Sequence record: PV660448
Origin: Escherichia phage LF82-4
DNA length: 64,000 nt
Strand: one strand, 5' to 3'
This document shows positions 19,486 through 29,146 of the stretch, one piece after another; the stretch's first letter is position 1; every line of letters begins with the position of its first letter. The position numbers and the translations under genes were made by a program. A model generated the notes under the pieces. That model was not told the DNA's origin, did no database searches, and worked only from the letters and a program-made list of their open reading frames with translations.

Positions 19486-19503
19486 ATTATTTTCCTCTGT
19501 TAT

Positions 19504-19548
19504 TTTATTATCCAACGAGAGCATTATACTCTGCTCTCAAGAGTTTGT
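19504..19548 (-). repeat. 45-bp promoter cassette, copy A (identical to 49445-49489)
   Basis: tttattatccaacgagagcattatactctgctctcaagagtttgt; contains 7-bp inverted repeat GAGAGCA/TGCTCTC around TATAAT. Confidence 0.8.
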
Positions 19549-19551
19549 GCG

Positions 19552-19791
19552 TTATTTCGTGATAAGATAATGTAAATAGTTTGCTTGACGAACACTGATA
19601 TCAACACCCATATCAAAGATACCTTTATAGAACGGGTATTTGTTTTCAGTAGAATCTAGACTAAAAGCCTTTCCGCCACAACTAACGGTAATAGCATCAG
19701 TTAAAGTGTCATATACAAACTTAATAGTTGAGCCGTTCACTACAACTTCAAGACGTTTTTTCGATGTAATAATGTCTAATTCTTGTTCCAT
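19552..19791 (-). CDS. hypothetical protein (79 aa)
   Basis: track ORF. Confidence 0.55.
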   Translation of the reverse strand: MEQELDIITSKKRLEVVVNGSTIKFVYDTLTDAITVSCGGKAFSLDSTENKYPFYKGIFDMGVDISVRQANYLHYLITK

Positions 19792-19808
19792 GATATTCTC
19801 CTCAAATT

Positions 19809-19835
19809 GGTAGGAAGAAGTGTTATCTTCCTACC
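19809..19835 (-). promoter_or_regulatory. 10-bp inverted repeat hairpin GGTAGGAAGA/TCTTCCTACC between genes
   Basis: read directly; 18 nt upstream of ATG at 19791. Confidence 0.4.
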
Positions 19836-19846
19836 ATCATAAACTA

Positions 19847-20047
19847 TTAACCGAACTTTTTAGCGCCTTTCCAGCCTTCGTACATAATTGCGCAAGTCAA
19901 TAGCACAGCATGTTGGCATTCTTTGTATTTGTAAATCCAGAACCAGCGTAAAAAGTCTTCATCCTCAACACCGTTGAGTTTCATATTGGCAAAGAATTCG
20001 GCACGTTCTTCACGAAGCTTTTGCGATAACATAGATTCAGGATTCAT
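19847..20047 (-). CDS. hypothetical protein (66 aa)
   Basis: ATG at 20047 overlapping upstream stop (ATGA); track start 20059 is GTG. Confidence 0.5.
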   Translation of the reverse strand: MNPESMLSQKLREERAEFFANMKLNGVEDEDFLRWFWIYKYKECQHAVLLTCAIMYEGWKGAKKFG

Positions 20048-20178
20048 TTTGTATTCCACGCCCCATTTTCATCGATGAACTTAATCCAGTCATTTACAGA
20101 CCATTTAGTTGTATCACCCTTTGGATTAACATTTAAAGTATATAATCCTTGCTTAAAAAGCATTCGTTTGATATTCAT
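20044..20178 (-). CDS. small hypothetical protein (44 aa)
   Basis: ATG at 20178 with GAGGAAA RBS, 7 nt after upstream stop; longer track ORF overlaps neighbour by 86 nt. Confidence 0.4.
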   Translation of the reverse strand: MNIKRMLFKQGLYTLNVNPKGDTTKWSVNDWIKFIDENGAWNTK

Positions 20179-20185
20179 AATTTCC

Positions 20186-20479
20186 TCAACTGTAACGATA
20201 ACATTCGTTAGCTTTACGTTTGGCTTCAGTATGAGAAGTATTATAATCATACTCTTCTTTACTGTAAACATCTTTTTTCAACTTACGAACTTCTTTGCGG
20301 AGTTGTCGATTCATTTCATTCTTGACTTCAGAATCAACACCTTTCATACGTTTCCATTTATCTGAGCGGAAGATGTTTTCAACCATGTCTTTGTGGCTAA
20401 CACCGTCAGGAGCTTTACGCTTACCAAAATAGTCGTAATCGCGAACTTTCAAATCTTTACGACGATATGTTTTACCCAT
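20186..20479 (-). CDS. lysine/arginine-rich basic protein (97 aa)
   Basis: ATG at 20479 with GAGGT RBS; MGKTYRRKDLKVRDYDYFGKRK... Confidence 0.5.
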   Translation of the reverse strand: MGKTYRRKDLKVRDYDYFGKRKAPDGVSHKDMVENIFRSDKWKRMKGVDSEVKNEMNRQLRKEVRKLKKDVYSKEEYDYNTSHTEAKRKANECYRYS

Positions 20480-20486
20480 AAGTACC

Positions 20487-20735
20487 TCAGAGGTTGATTG
20501 ATACAATGCGTTTGATAAAATTCACTTCACTTACTGAAAGGTCTTTAAGTCCGATTGATTCTAAACGCTGAGTAAGCGTCAACATCGGGATATAGTCCCA
20601 ATGAGTTTTATTTGCTTGATAAGTACGGACGCCATTAGCAATTTCAACATGTAAATCGGAAATGGTAATGAATACCGGATGCTCGTCATTAACTTTAAGG
20701 GTTAGAACAACCTTCTTTGAATCTAAACTAATCAT
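20487..20735 (-). CDS. hypothetical protein (82 aa)
   Basis: ATGA overlap with upstream gene. Confidence 0.55.
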   Translation of the reverse strand: MISLDSKKVVLTLKVNDEHPVFITISDLHVEIANGVRTYQANKTHWDYIPMLTLTQRLESIGLKDLSVSEVNFIKRIVSINL

Positions 20736-20914
20736 GGCTTAATTTCCTTCGCAATTGAACAGAAGATACTACGGTCACAAAGCATTTCACCAATTTCTGG
20801 GTATTTGATTGAACGGTACCAAACATCCAGGCTTGAAACTCTGGTTATCTGTACTGCATTACCGTTGACAGAATAGTACTGGTCAACCTTAATTTCTTTA
20901 TCTTCAATTGTCAT
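20732..20914 (-). CDS. hypothetical protein (60 aa)
   Basis: ATG at 20914 with GAGGAAA RBS; longer track ORF starts further upstream. Confidence 0.45.
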   Translation of the reverse strand: MTIEDKEIKVDQYYSVNGNAVQITRVSSLDVWYRSIKYPEIGEMLCDRSIFCSIAKEIKP

Positions 20915-21064
20915 TTTGTTTTCCTCTATAGCAGATGGTTTAATCTTAACATATCTATCGAGGATGTAAACTGTTTTATGAAAATATTTTTGATTTGAGA
21001 GGGGCACAAGGAGATAGTGAAGTGAAGATTCCAATGGATTATATTAGAAATGAGATAAAGAAGA

Positions 21065-21079
21065 CCAGGCGGCACCTGG
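21065..21079 (-). terminator. GC-rich hairpin followed by U-rich tract, after nrdH-like gene
   Basis: minus strand CCAGG-UGCCG-CCUGG then UCUUCUUUAUCUC. Confidence 0.45.
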
Positions 21080-21403
21080 TCAATCTTCTATGATATCAGA
21101 GTCGTATCCTAATGAAATCAAGGACTTTTTAAACTCTGCAATATTCTTTTGTTTCTTATCATTTAAAAATATGACAGGATAACGAATATTAAGTGAAGTG
21201 AATCCTGCACGTTTAGCAAGAGATACGATTAAAGGACGGTCATATTCAATCTTACCATTATTAGTGAGGACTTTATAAAATGTATAAGGAGCATTGAGCT
21301 CCTTTAAAAGTTTTGTAACAGTATAACATCCTGGACAACGTCCAACTTCTTCAGGGATGCCATAAATTTCAATCTTGTTCTTTAAGTTCGAGTTTTGTTC
21401 CAC
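21080..21403 (-). CDS. glutaredoxin-like protein (NrdH-like), start codon unresolved
   Basis: CPGC redox motif in IEIYGIPEEVGRCPGCYTV; no in-frame ATG near domain start; candidate GTG at 21403 with AAGGAA upstream; overlaps upstream ORF. Confidence 0.5.
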   Translation of the reverse strand: MEQNSNLKNKIEIYGIPEEVGRCPGCYTVTKLLKELNAPYTFYKVLTNNGKIEYDRPLIVSLAKRAGFTSLNIRYPVIFLNDKKQKNIAEFKKSLISLGYDSDIIED

Positions 21404-21686
21404 GAGAAATAATTCCTTGGTAAGCCCAATAAGGAGGATTAACCGAATCCTCACCCGAGTTTTCTTCAGGAAAATAAACCTGGATAACGAAGCCGGATTC
21501 ATCAAATGTAAAATAAACTGTAGGCAGTTCACCTAACAATTCGGCACGAGCATTAATTTCTTCGAGGTCTTGTTCACGTCCAGCCCAAAAACTAGGATTT
21601 AGATTACATTCGTAAAAATAATAGTCATTACCGAACATATCAAACCCCTTCCAACTCTCTACCACGTACCGCTCAAAACTAATCAT
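21369..21686 (-). CDS. hypothetical protein (105 aa)
   Basis: track ORF. Confidence 0.5.
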   Translation of the reverse strand: MISFERYVVESWKGFDMFGNDYYFYECNLNPSFWAGREQDLEEINARAELLGELPTVYFTFDESGFVIQVYFPEENSGEDSVNPPYWAYQGIISRGTKLELKEQD

Positions 21687-21688
21687 AA

Positions 21689-21904
21689 TTAAGCCTTTTT
21701 ATCAAGAACAGAATTCAGTTTGTTAGTAATTTTATCCAGACGCTCATTGAACTCATTAGAAGATAAGCCCTTTTCTGGAGAAATTAAACTAATCACGAAA
21801 AATACACCAGTAAAAGGAATAAGAAAAATAGCTCCAACTGCCATAAACAGAAAGAATGTTACAGTTGTAAGAAAATCAGCTAAACCTTTACGAAATTTAT
21901 ACAT
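21689..21904 (-). CDS. small membrane protein (71 aa)
   Basis: hydrophobic segment FLTTVTFFLFMAVGAIFLIPFTGVFFVISLI. Confidence 0.55.
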   Translation of the reverse strand: MYKFRKGLADFLTTVTFFLFMAVGAIFLIPFTGVFFVISLISPEKGLSSNEFNERLDKITNKLNSVLDKKA

Positions 21905-21912
21905 ATTTACCC

Positions 21913-22023
21913 TTAATTAATTAACCAAGCGTTGATAAGCAAACCATATTGCGAATAAAATTCTGGGCCAAAATGAAAAATCATATCATTTATAGTATCC
22001 ATAATATAATTCAATTTAATCAT
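21913..22023 (-). CDS. small hypothetical protein (36 aa)
   Basis: ATG at 22023, 2 nt after nrdG stop; longer track ORF overlaps nrdG by 119 nt. Confidence 0.3.
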   Translation of the reverse strand: MIKLNYIMDTINDMIFHFGPEFYSQYGLLINAWLIN

Positions 22024-22486
22024 GTTTCCACACCCCATCGGTATTTGACCAAAGTCGCTGATTATCTGATCCTCGCCACAGCTTTTTGGTCGGAAGATTT
22101 TTCTCATACTTCCCATCAATAATAACATCAACATATTTAAGCATTTTTAGTTGTTTAATATCTTCAAACTTATATCCTGTCCACAACCAAATGCTTTTAT
22201 TGGGATAAAGATTTTTAATAGTTTGAACCACAGAGTGAATCACATCTCGGTTATCAGGATAGAGAGGGTCACCTCCGGTTATAGTCAATCCTTCTATATA
22301 ATCATTATTCAAACATTCAATTAATTGTTCTAGTGTTTCACCAGTGAATGGAATACCATTTCTAGCATTCCATGTTGATTTATTATAACACCCTTCGCAT
22401 TTATGCAAACAACCTGTGACGAAAAGAACGACCCTACAACCAGGGCCATTCACAAAATCGCAAGGATAAAATCTATCATAATTCAT
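22016..22486 (-). CDS. nrdG: anaerobic ribonucleotide reductase activating protein (radical SAM)
   Basis: 156 aa; Cys cluster CLHKCEGCYN; 4-nt overlap with nrdD. Confidence 0.9.
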   Translation of the reverse strand: MNYDRFYPCDFVNGPGCRVVLFVTGCLHKCEGCYNKSTWNARNGIPFTGETLEQLIECLNNDYIEGLTITGGDPLYPDNRDVIHSVVQTIKNLYPNKSIWLWTGYKFEDIKQLKMLKYVDVIIDGKYEKNLPTKKLWRGSDNQRLWSNTDGVWKHD

Positions 22487-24300
22487 TGGTGTTTAACCCT
22501 ATGCATGATTTCTTTATTTTTGCCGAGATTAAATCCACGTTCGTTCGGGTTCCCCAAATAACCGCACGTTCTTCTTATGGTGTTCATCTTTTTAGGATCA
22601 GTTTCTCCACAAACTGAACAAACAAATCCATTTTCAGTAGGAGTCATCTCATGGGTACTTCCACACGTAAAACATTTATCTACTGGCATGTTAACACCAA
22701 AATAATCTAAATGTTGTGCAGCATAATCCCACACGGCCTCAAGACCTTTTAAGTTATTTTTCATATCAGGAAGTTCAACATAAGAAATGTGACCACCTGT
22801 CGCAATGAAATGATATGGCGCTTCACGAGAAATCTTTTCAAACGGAGTAATATTTTCTTCTACTGAAACATGGAAACTATTAGTGTACCAGCCTTTATCA
22901 GTAACATCCTTTACACTTCCATATTTTTCTGTATCAAGTTTACAGAAGCGATAACAAAGGTTTTCAGCAGGAGTAGAATACAAGCTAAAAGCAAATCCGG
23001 TTCTTTCAGTCCACTGTTTAAGACGAGCATTCATTTTAGTTAAAATTTCTTGCCCAATATCACGACCGACAAGAATATTCAATTCGTGAATACCAATGTA
23101 TCCTAAAGACACTGAACTTCTACCGTTTTTAAATAACTCAATTATGTCGTCATCAGGTTTAAGACGAACCCCGAATGCACCTTCTTGGTAAAGAATAGGA
23201 GCAACAGTCGCTTTAACACCCTTTAAAGAACTAATTCTACACATCAAGGCTTCAAAACACAGATCCATTCGTTCATTAAATAATTCGATAAATTTCTGTT
23301 CATTGAACTGTGTTCCAATATAAGAATCTAATGCGATACGAGGAAGATTCAGTGTTACAACACCAAGATTATTACGTCCATCAAGAATTTCATTACCAGT
23401 CGAATCTTTCCATACGCTCAAGAAACTACGGCAGCCCATTGGAGAAACTGGAACTGAAGAACCGGTAATAGCTTTATTATTCTTAACAGAAATAATGTCA
23501 GGATACATTCTTTTGCTTGCACATTCTAACGCAAGTTGTTTAATATCATAGTTCGGATCATCTTTATAAAGATTAACACCTTCTTCAACAAACATAACAA
23601 GTTTAGGAAAAATAGGAGTTATTCCATCACGACCAAGACCTTTAATCCGATTTTTCAGAATTGCCTTCTGAATCATTCGTTCAGTCCAATCGGTTCCCGT
23701 ACCAAATGTAATTGTTACAAAAGGCGTTTGTCCGTTTGAACTAAAGAGAGTATTTACTTCATATTCATAAGCTTGGAACGCATCGTATACGTCTTTTTCT
23801 GTTTTAGATTGGGCATAATTCAACGCATCAGCGATTTGCCATTTTTCTGCATCCTCAATATGTTTTGCATAGGTGCGTTTAACATAAGGAGAAAGAACTT
23901 TATCGACATTCGCAAATGTAGTTCCGCCATACTGATGTGAAGCAACTTGTGCAGTAATTTGTGCCATAATTGCAGTAGCAACACCAATCGATTTAGGCGT
24001 TTCAATTTGAGCATTGCCTAATTTAAATCCATTCTCAAGCATCCCCTTTAAATCGACTAAACAGCAATTAGTAAATGGAAGAGCAGGAGAATAATCAATA
24101 TCATGCATATGAATGATTCCGCTTTCATGCGCATTCATAATAAAAGACGGGACCATATTTTTGGCAATGTGCTTAGACACAATACCAGCCATAAGGTCCC
24201 GTTGAGTTGGAAAAACACGAGAATCTTTATTAGCATTCTCGTTCAAAAGATCTTTATTAGTTTTATAAATTAATCCTTCAATTTCTTTTTCAATTTTCAT
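22483..24300 (-). CDS. nrdD: anaerobic ribonucleoside-triphosphate reductase (glycyl radical enzyme), uninterrupted
   Basis: 605 aa; C-terminal glycyl-radical motif RRTCGYLG and Zn-ribbon CFTCGS...CSVCG; single continuous ORF (no intron). Confidence 0.95.
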   Translation of the reverse strand: MKIEKEIEGLIYKTNKDLLNENANKDSRVFPTQRDLMAGIVSKHIAKNMVPSFIMNAHESGIIHMHDIDYSPALPFTNCCLVDLKGMLENGFKLGNAQIETPKSIGVATAIMAQITAQVASHQYGGTTFANVDKVLSPYVKRTYAKHIEDAEKWQIADALNYAQSKTEKDVYDAFQAYEYEVNTLFSSNGQTPFVTITFGTGTDWTERMIQKAILKNRIKGLGRDGITPIFPKLVMFVEEGVNLYKDDPNYDIKQLALECASKRMYPDIISVKNNKAITGSSVPVSPMGCRSFLSVWKDSTGNEILDGRNNLGVVTLNLPRIALDSYIGTQFNEQKFIELFNERMDLCFEALMCRISSLKGVKATVAPILYQEGAFGVRLKPDDDIIELFKNGRSSVSLGYIGIHELNILVGRDIGQEILTKMNARLKQWTERTGFAFSLYSTPAENLCYRFCKLDTEKYGSVKDVTDKGWYTNSFHVSVEENITPFEKISREAPYHFIATGGHISYVELPDMKNNLKGLEAVWDYAAQHLDYFGVNMPVDKCFTCGSTHEMTPTENGFVCSVCGETDPKKMNTIRRTCGYLGNPNERGFNLGKNKEIMHRVKHQ

Positions 24301-24770
24301 TTTAAACTCTTTCTAAGCTGCTTTTTGAATGAAGCTATTAATTGTGTTTTAGTATCAGATTCATTATATTCAAATCCTCTTTGAAGCATCTCGGTCATCA
24401 TTTCCTCTTTACCTAGTCTTGAGAACTCTTTAGTTTTGTCTGGAACAAAATTAGGATGGATATTATTATCAGAATAATCTTGTTTCAAATAAGCAAGAAG
24501 AGCTTCAAGCCATTCGAGGTAGTCGACATCACGTCCTTTAAGACCGGAACGGTTGAACTTATGCTTCATTTGACCTTCTGCTGCGTTGCACAGATTACAG
24601 AGTAATCCACGAACTCTACCGGCTTTTGGCCCGTTTAATTCATGGTCGTGGTCAAGATGGTTACCTTGAACATCAGGGTCTAATTCACGGTGGCAAATAG
24701 GACACTTACCATTCTGTGCATCATAAAATTTTTGTTTTTCTTCTTTATATTTTGCGCCTGATAATAACAT
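24297..24770 (-). CDS. 49: endonuclease VII (Holliday junction resolvase)
   Basis: 157 aa; Zn-binding CPICHREL and HLDHDHE...LLCNLCN motifs. Confidence 0.9.
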   Translation of the reverse strand: MLLSGAKYKEEKQKFYDAQNGKCPICHRELDPDVQGNHLDHDHELNGPKAGRVRGLLCNLCNAAEGQMKHKFNRSGLKGRDVDYLEWLEALLAYLKQDYSDNNIHPNFVPDKTKEFSRLGKEEMMTEMLQRGFEYNESDTKTQLIASFKKQLRKSLK

Positions 24771-24805
24771 GATAAACCCTTACCTTAAATAGATAAGGGT
24801 ATTTA

Positions 24806-25231
24806 TTAACTTAAACGTCTTTCTAAATATTCAATGTATTCTGCGGCTGCTTGCATCAGGTTACCTTCATAGCCGTCGTTATTTTCTTGTCCAGCTAATT
24901 TAGCTAATGCATAAGAAATTCGTTCACCTTCGAATTCACCAAGTTTACTACCTAGCACATCAGCAATATCAGCCGAATCAATTTCTTCGAGTTCATCTAT
25001 TGAATGGGATTCCCAGAAGCACCAAAGAGAAGTATCACGGTCATAGATGCAAAGTTTCTCACCTGTGTTCAACATCACTTCGATAATGCCATGGTCGCCA
25101 TAACCATCTTCGGTAGTAGTACCAATTACCTTGAGGATTGTTCCTTTCTTTAATTCAGGAAACTTGACTTGTAGTTCTTCGTCTTCTTTAACAATCTTGA
25201 ACCATTTACCGCGAGTTTCAGAAATATTCAT
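24806..25231 (-). CDS. hypothetical acidic protein (142 aa)
   Basis: ATG at 25231; alternative ATG at 25369 would add a 46-aa extension. Confidence 0.5.
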   Translation of the reverse strand: MNISETRGKWFKIVKEDEELQVKFPELKKGTILKVIGTTTEDGYGDHGIIEVMLNTGEKLCIYDRDTSLWCFWESHSIDELEEIDSADIADVLGSKLGEFEGERISYALAKLAGQENNDGYEGNLMQAAAEYIEYLERRLS

Positions 25232-25232
25232 A

Positions 25233-25403
25233 TCAATATTCTCTATAAAAGTTACGATGAGAACGTTTAGCTTTGCGAAGCTGACGTTTAGTAGGACGAA
25301 CTGTAAATAGTTGTCCAGAGAAAAAATTCGAATCGGTTTTAATAAGCAAATACCAATCATGCTTGCCATTTTTTAATAAACGGTACAATAATTTAACTTG
25401 CAT
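25233..25403 (-). CDS. small basic protein (56 aa)
   Basis: ATG at 25403 with GGAAGAG RBS; track start is TTG. Confidence 0.35.
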   Translation of the reverse strand: MQVKLLYRLLKNGKHDWYLLIKTDSNFFSGQLFTVRPTKRQLRKAKRSHRNFYREY

Positions 25404-25531
25404 AATAATCTCTTCCCATTTCCATATCAATTAATTCATTTATTGAAGGTTCATCATAACATGGTTCTTCGTCGTTGTAAACCGTTTCGACGTCTGGCTC
25501 GACAGTCTCCCATCGAGCAGAATACCACGGT

Positions 25532-25867
25532 TTAACCCCGGAGTTTATTGAGCTCTTCATAATCAATCCAGGATTCTAGCCCTGACGGCAGGTCACATTC
25601 AATGTTCCACAGAAGCTCTTCAATGGCTTGCAGGCGATTATATTCTTCAACAGTAATAGTAACCATTGTTTCAGGCTTTTTAACCATCATGTCATTCATC
25701 AGAATGTACAGATCTTCACAAACAGCCGGGTCGTCCCATGTCCATATTTCAGCATCTCGAACCAATGAAGTCGGAATAGAATTTAAAACTTCAAGCTTAG
25801 TAGGAGCGTCAGGACCGAGAAGAGTTGCTACAAATTTATATGCTTTGGCGAAATCAATATCGTTCAT
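25532..25867 (-). CDS. hypothetical protein (111 aa)
   Basis: track ORF. Confidence 0.55.
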   Translation of the reverse strand: MNDIDFAKAYKFVATLLGPDAPTKLEVLNSIPTSLVRDAEIWTWDDPAVCEDLYILMNDMMVKKPETMVTITVEEYNRLQAIEELLWNIECDLPSGLESWIDYEELNKLRG

Positions 25868-25885
25868 TTAAAATATTCTCGCAGT

Positions 25886-26182
25886 TTATTGTTCTACCCA
25901 GGCACAGGAAACTTCGAAATCAGGACCACCGTATTCCCAGTGATATTCACCAACAGGAATCCAGTCACCGTGCTCGTTTTCTTCGTAGTCTTCAGGTTCA
26001 AGACCAACGAATCGCCATTGAACACCTATGATTCGATTACCCATTAATATACGAAATTCACCCCATGGATTATCGATAGCATATTGGATATCGTTCTTAG
26101 CACGAGAACACATTTCTTGATATAACAAAGCTTCTAATTCGCCCTGATCATAAGGGCCCGGGAAAGTTAAATCAATACTCAT
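25886..26182 (-). CDS. hypothetical protein (98 aa)
   Basis: 4-nt overlap with nrdC. Confidence 0.55.
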   Translation of the reverse strand: MSIDLTFPGPYDQGELEALLYQEMCSRAKNDIQYAIDNPWGEFRILMGNRIIGVQWRFVGLEPEDYEENEHGDWIPVGEYHWEYGGPDFEVSCAWVEQ

Positions 26183-26442
26183 TTAAAATATTCTCGCAGT
26201 TGGTCAAATCCACCAATATGACTTCCATCAGGAGCAAATACTTGAGGCATAGTCAATCCAACTTGTGATTCACGTCCTAGTTTATTCAGAAGCTCGTCAA
26301 TTTTTTCTTCATCAAATACACCTTTCTCTGGCATAACATTAATGAATTCGAATGGCTGTTTCTTAACAGTCAGCAATCGTTTCGCATTATCACAATAAAT
26401 GCATTTATGAATAGTAGAGTCATACCCGTACACTTTAAACAT
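26179..26442 (-). CDS. nrdC: glutaredoxin/thioredoxin (NrdC)
   Basis: 87 aa from ATG 26442 (MFKVYGYDSTIHKCIYCDNAKRLL...); CIYC redox motif; matches T4 NrdC as recalled. Confidence 0.9.
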   Translation of the reverse strand: MFKVYGYDSTIHKCIYCDNAKRLLTVKKQPFEFINVMPEKGVFDEEKIDELLNKLGRESQVGLTMPQVFAPDGSHIGGFDQLREYFK

Positions 26443-26848
26443 TATTTTTCCTTTCATCGATTAAATATGCAATGCCAAATACAATACATGTAATAAAACC
26501 TGTGATACAGATAGAAACCAACAACACTGTACCAAAGAACCAAATCAAGTTATCTTTAGTAGTTTGTTTGATATCCATCTCACGAATTTCTATAGCTATC
26601 GTATCACCTTTATTCAGAAGCGTATAAAACGACGGTGATACACGCCTGTCAAAAACTCGTCCTTGCTCATCTTTATAGACTGCAATAAATTCTAATTTAG
26701 AATATTTTCCTGTAGATTGGCCTGAGATTAATTCCACTACCTCCACAGGAATTACTTTAGTTTCCATGTAAGTATTCTGACTGTTCCAAATGAATGGAAT
26801 AACGGCAAAAACTAAAGCTGCGATAAAACAACGAAGGCTATATCTCAT
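26435..26848 (-). CDS. membrane protein (137 aa)
   Basis: N-terminal and C-terminal hydrophobic helices. Confidence 0.55.
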   Translation of the reverse strand: MRYSLRCFIAALVFAVIPFIWNSQNTYMETKVIPVEVVELISGQSTGKYSKLEFIAVYKDEQGRVFDRRVSPSFYTLLNKGDTIAIEIREMDIKQTTKDNLIWFFGTVLLVSICITGFITCIVFGIAYLIDERKNNV

Positions 26849-27153
26849 TATAATATTCTCTCAAATTTGTGGAAGCATTTACGGCATTTCAATTTCAAGT
26901 TATCAGTGGTCCAGTTAACCAGTTGGACTTGGATAGTTCCACATTCCGGGCATGGATGTTTTGCTGCTGATTTGGCAGCATTTTCACGTCGTTCAACCAT
27001 TTTCATTATTTCGTTCCATGCTGGAGGAACGAACTCTTCTTCACCGTGGATTTTATCTCGCTGAACAAATTCAATCTTTGAACTATCGTCAATAAACTTA
27101 ACCAAGCCATGATTAGTGCTCATATCAATATCCTCTAAAAGACGTAGTTTCAT
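26848..27153 (-). CDS. zinc-ribbon protein (101 aa)
   Basis: CPECG...CRKC four-Cys motif. Confidence 0.55.
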   Translation of the reverse strand: MKLRLLEDIDMSTNHGLVKFIDDSSKIEFVQRDKIHGEEEFVPPAWNEIMKMVERRENAAKSAAKHPCPECGTIQVQLVNWTTDNLKLKCRKCFHKFERIL

Positions 27154-28103
27154 TATAACACCTCAATGGCATTTCGTAAACCGTCCGCTTTCGCATTCAG
27201 AGCTTTTAACGATTTAGTCTGTTCTTTAATCTGGGCTTCGACTTCTTTCAGACGAGATTTGAGATATTCACGTTCTTCGCTCAAGTTGTCAACTTTTTCT
27301 ACTTTAGGTTCTTTAATAGTCTTAAGTTTATACTCGTTAGGGTTCTTCAGCTTAATTCGGGTGCGAGAACTGTATAACATTGAACCGTTATCTTCGGATT
27401 CGTCGAACGTTTCAACAACATCCATAGTCTCTAACAATGTAATAAGTTTATAAGACAATGAACGAACGGTTTTGTTATGCTTATTAATTTCTTCAGCTTT
27501 CATGGTACCGAGATTACGTGAGTAGTAATAAGGAACCTGGATATCAATTGATAATGATGCGTTACCATTACCGGTCGGTTTGAATACTGCAGTAACCCAA
27601 TCTTTAACATGAACTTTATTTGTACGACCATCACCGCCCGTGAATAATTTACGAGAATGTTTAAAAAGCATATTCACTTGGTTATTGAATTCACAAGCAA
27701 ATTTATCAGCGAATTTAGTTTCAGGAATGGTAGATAACCAATCAGCCAAATGAGTCTTTTTAACATCATTAATAATAGTGAATTCAACCAAATCAGTTTT
27801 AGATGTCACAGATTTAATAAAGCTCGGTTTCATAAAGTTTTTAATGTTATCGCGAGCTACAGTAGAAGATAATAAACGAGAACGTTTGAACCATTGAAGC
27901 AGTGTCCCTAATGAATGAGAATACGCATTCTGAGTATCTTTACAGATATGATTTTCTTGACCTGTGTATGTACCAAAATCGCGAAGAATACCACTTACTA
28001 CATCTCGGTGTGGAACATCAAATCCTAGTGCACCAACAGCGCGCTGGGCACGAACGTTAGCGATAAGACCGGCAAAGTATTCAATGTAATGTGAACGTGT
28101 CAT
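27153..28103 (-). CDS. hypothetical 316-aa protein with C-terminal coiled coil
   Basis: own promoter cassette at 28127-28161; heptad-like C-terminus LKSRLKEVEAQIKEQTKSLKALNAKADGL. Confidence 0.6.
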   Translation of the reverse strand: MTRSHYIEYFAGLIANVRAQRAVGALGFDVPHRDVVSGILRDFGTYTGQENHICKDTQNAYSHSLGTLLQWFKRSRLLSSTVARDNIKNFMKPSFIKSVTSKTDLVEFTIINDVKKTHLADWLSTIPETKFADKFACEFNNQVNMLFKHSRKLFTGGDGRTNKVHVKDWVTAVFKPTGNGNASLSIDIQVPYYYSRNLGTMKAEEINKHNKTVRSLSYKLITLLETMDVVETFDESEDNGSMLYSSRTRIKLKNPNEYKLKTIKEPKVEKVDNLSEEREYLKSRLKEVEAQIKEQTKSLKALNAKADGLRNAIEVL

Positions 28104-28126
28104 AATATTTTCCTCTCGTTAAGATA

Positions 28127-28161
28127 GATTTATTATACTCCAACCATCCTTGGTTGTAAAC
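28127..28161 (-). promoter_or_regulatory. early promoter cassette (GTTTAC -35, 18-nt spacer with CAACC/GGTTG inverted repeat, TATAAT -10), copy 1
   Basis: minus strand GTTTACAACCAAGGATGGTTGGAGTATAATAAAT; 32-bp core identical to 29147-29181. Confidence 0.6.
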
Positions 28162-28165
28162 CGTT

Positions 28166-29125
28166 TTATGATTTTAATGCATTCATTGCATTAAAAAGTT
28201 TAGAGTACTGCAACTGGAGATTCGTTACAACACTTTGAGCATCACGAAGCTTAGCTTGTGCTTTGTCAAGTTCAACGGACAGTTGGTCTGCAGTAGCCTT
28301 GATTTGGTTGTAATGATAATCTTCGGCCGGAAGAAGGTCATTAGAAACATTTAGTTTTACTGCCGACAGTTTGCACACATTTGGCAAACCTTTAAACATA
28401 CCGGGTTGTGTCGGAGAATATGCGCTTAGAACCTCTGCATTACCGACTGGTGTTGCTGTAATATTGCCTTCAAACAATGCATTTTCCTTTTTAAGATTTT
28501 GATAGTATTCAGAGTCTTTGTGCCACCATGGCGCAGGAACCTTTTTACCAATAGATACACGAGCCTGGATAGCGATATGGCCCTTATTCTTGATAGGGTC
28601 GATAATATTAAGCTCACGAGAATAAATTGCTTTAATTTGGTGAATATTATCACCTAACACTTCCAACGCTTGGTGGAATACACGAGCAACGTTATCGTTC
28701 TTAGGTTTATATGTAAGAGTGAACTCGTTCTCACTGATAACCATGATTTCTAACTTATCGTAAGTATATTTCAAATGTTTCATGTTAATTGCTTGAGGAC
28801 GAATACGAGAAGCAATGGCCATCAGATTGTTAAGGTTATTTCGGAACTGTTTAGCGAAATATTGTCCTTCACCGCCGATACAAAAATTACGAAGTTTCTG
28901 TTTGGCTAATAAACGGCTGAACTCACCATTTTTAATGAACTCTTTAACGGGTGTGTTAGTAATGCATTCAAATTGAGTAAACATACGAGAATTAATCCCA
29001 TAATATGAACAGATTTCCTCAATCTCTTCAGGAGTCTTTACAGGCATACGGATAGGATTAGGTCCTGGAGTATATGCGTTCGAGGTAAATTCTTTGATAA
29101 GTTCTCTACGTGTAATAAAAGCCAT
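28166..29125 (-). CDS. hypothetical 319-aa protein with C-terminal coiled coil
   Basis: own promoter cassette at 29147-29181. Confidence 0.6.
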   Translation of the reverse strand: MAFITRRELIKEFTSNAYTPGPNPIRMPVKTPEEIEEICSYYGINSRMFTQFECITNTPVKEFIKNGEFSRLLAKQKLRNFCIGGEGQYFAKQFRNNLNNLMAIASRIRPQAINMKHLKYTYDKLEIMVISENEFTLTYKPKNDNVARVFHQALEVLGDNIHQIKAIYSRELNIIDPIKNKGHIAIQARVSIGKKVPAPWWHKDSEYYQNLKKENALFEGNITATPVGNAEVLSAYSPTQPGMFKGLPNVCKLSAVKLNVSNDLLPAEDYHYNQIKATADQLSVELDKAQAKLRDAQSVVTNLQLQYSKLFNAMNALKS

Positions 29126-29146
29126 TTTATATTCCTCATGTTGAAA

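Noticed and set aside
22483-24300. Group I intron with homing endonuclease in nrdD, as in T4
   Set aside because: The 605-aa NrdD reading frame is continuous from start to the C-terminal glycyl-radical motif with no interruption, so no intron is present here.
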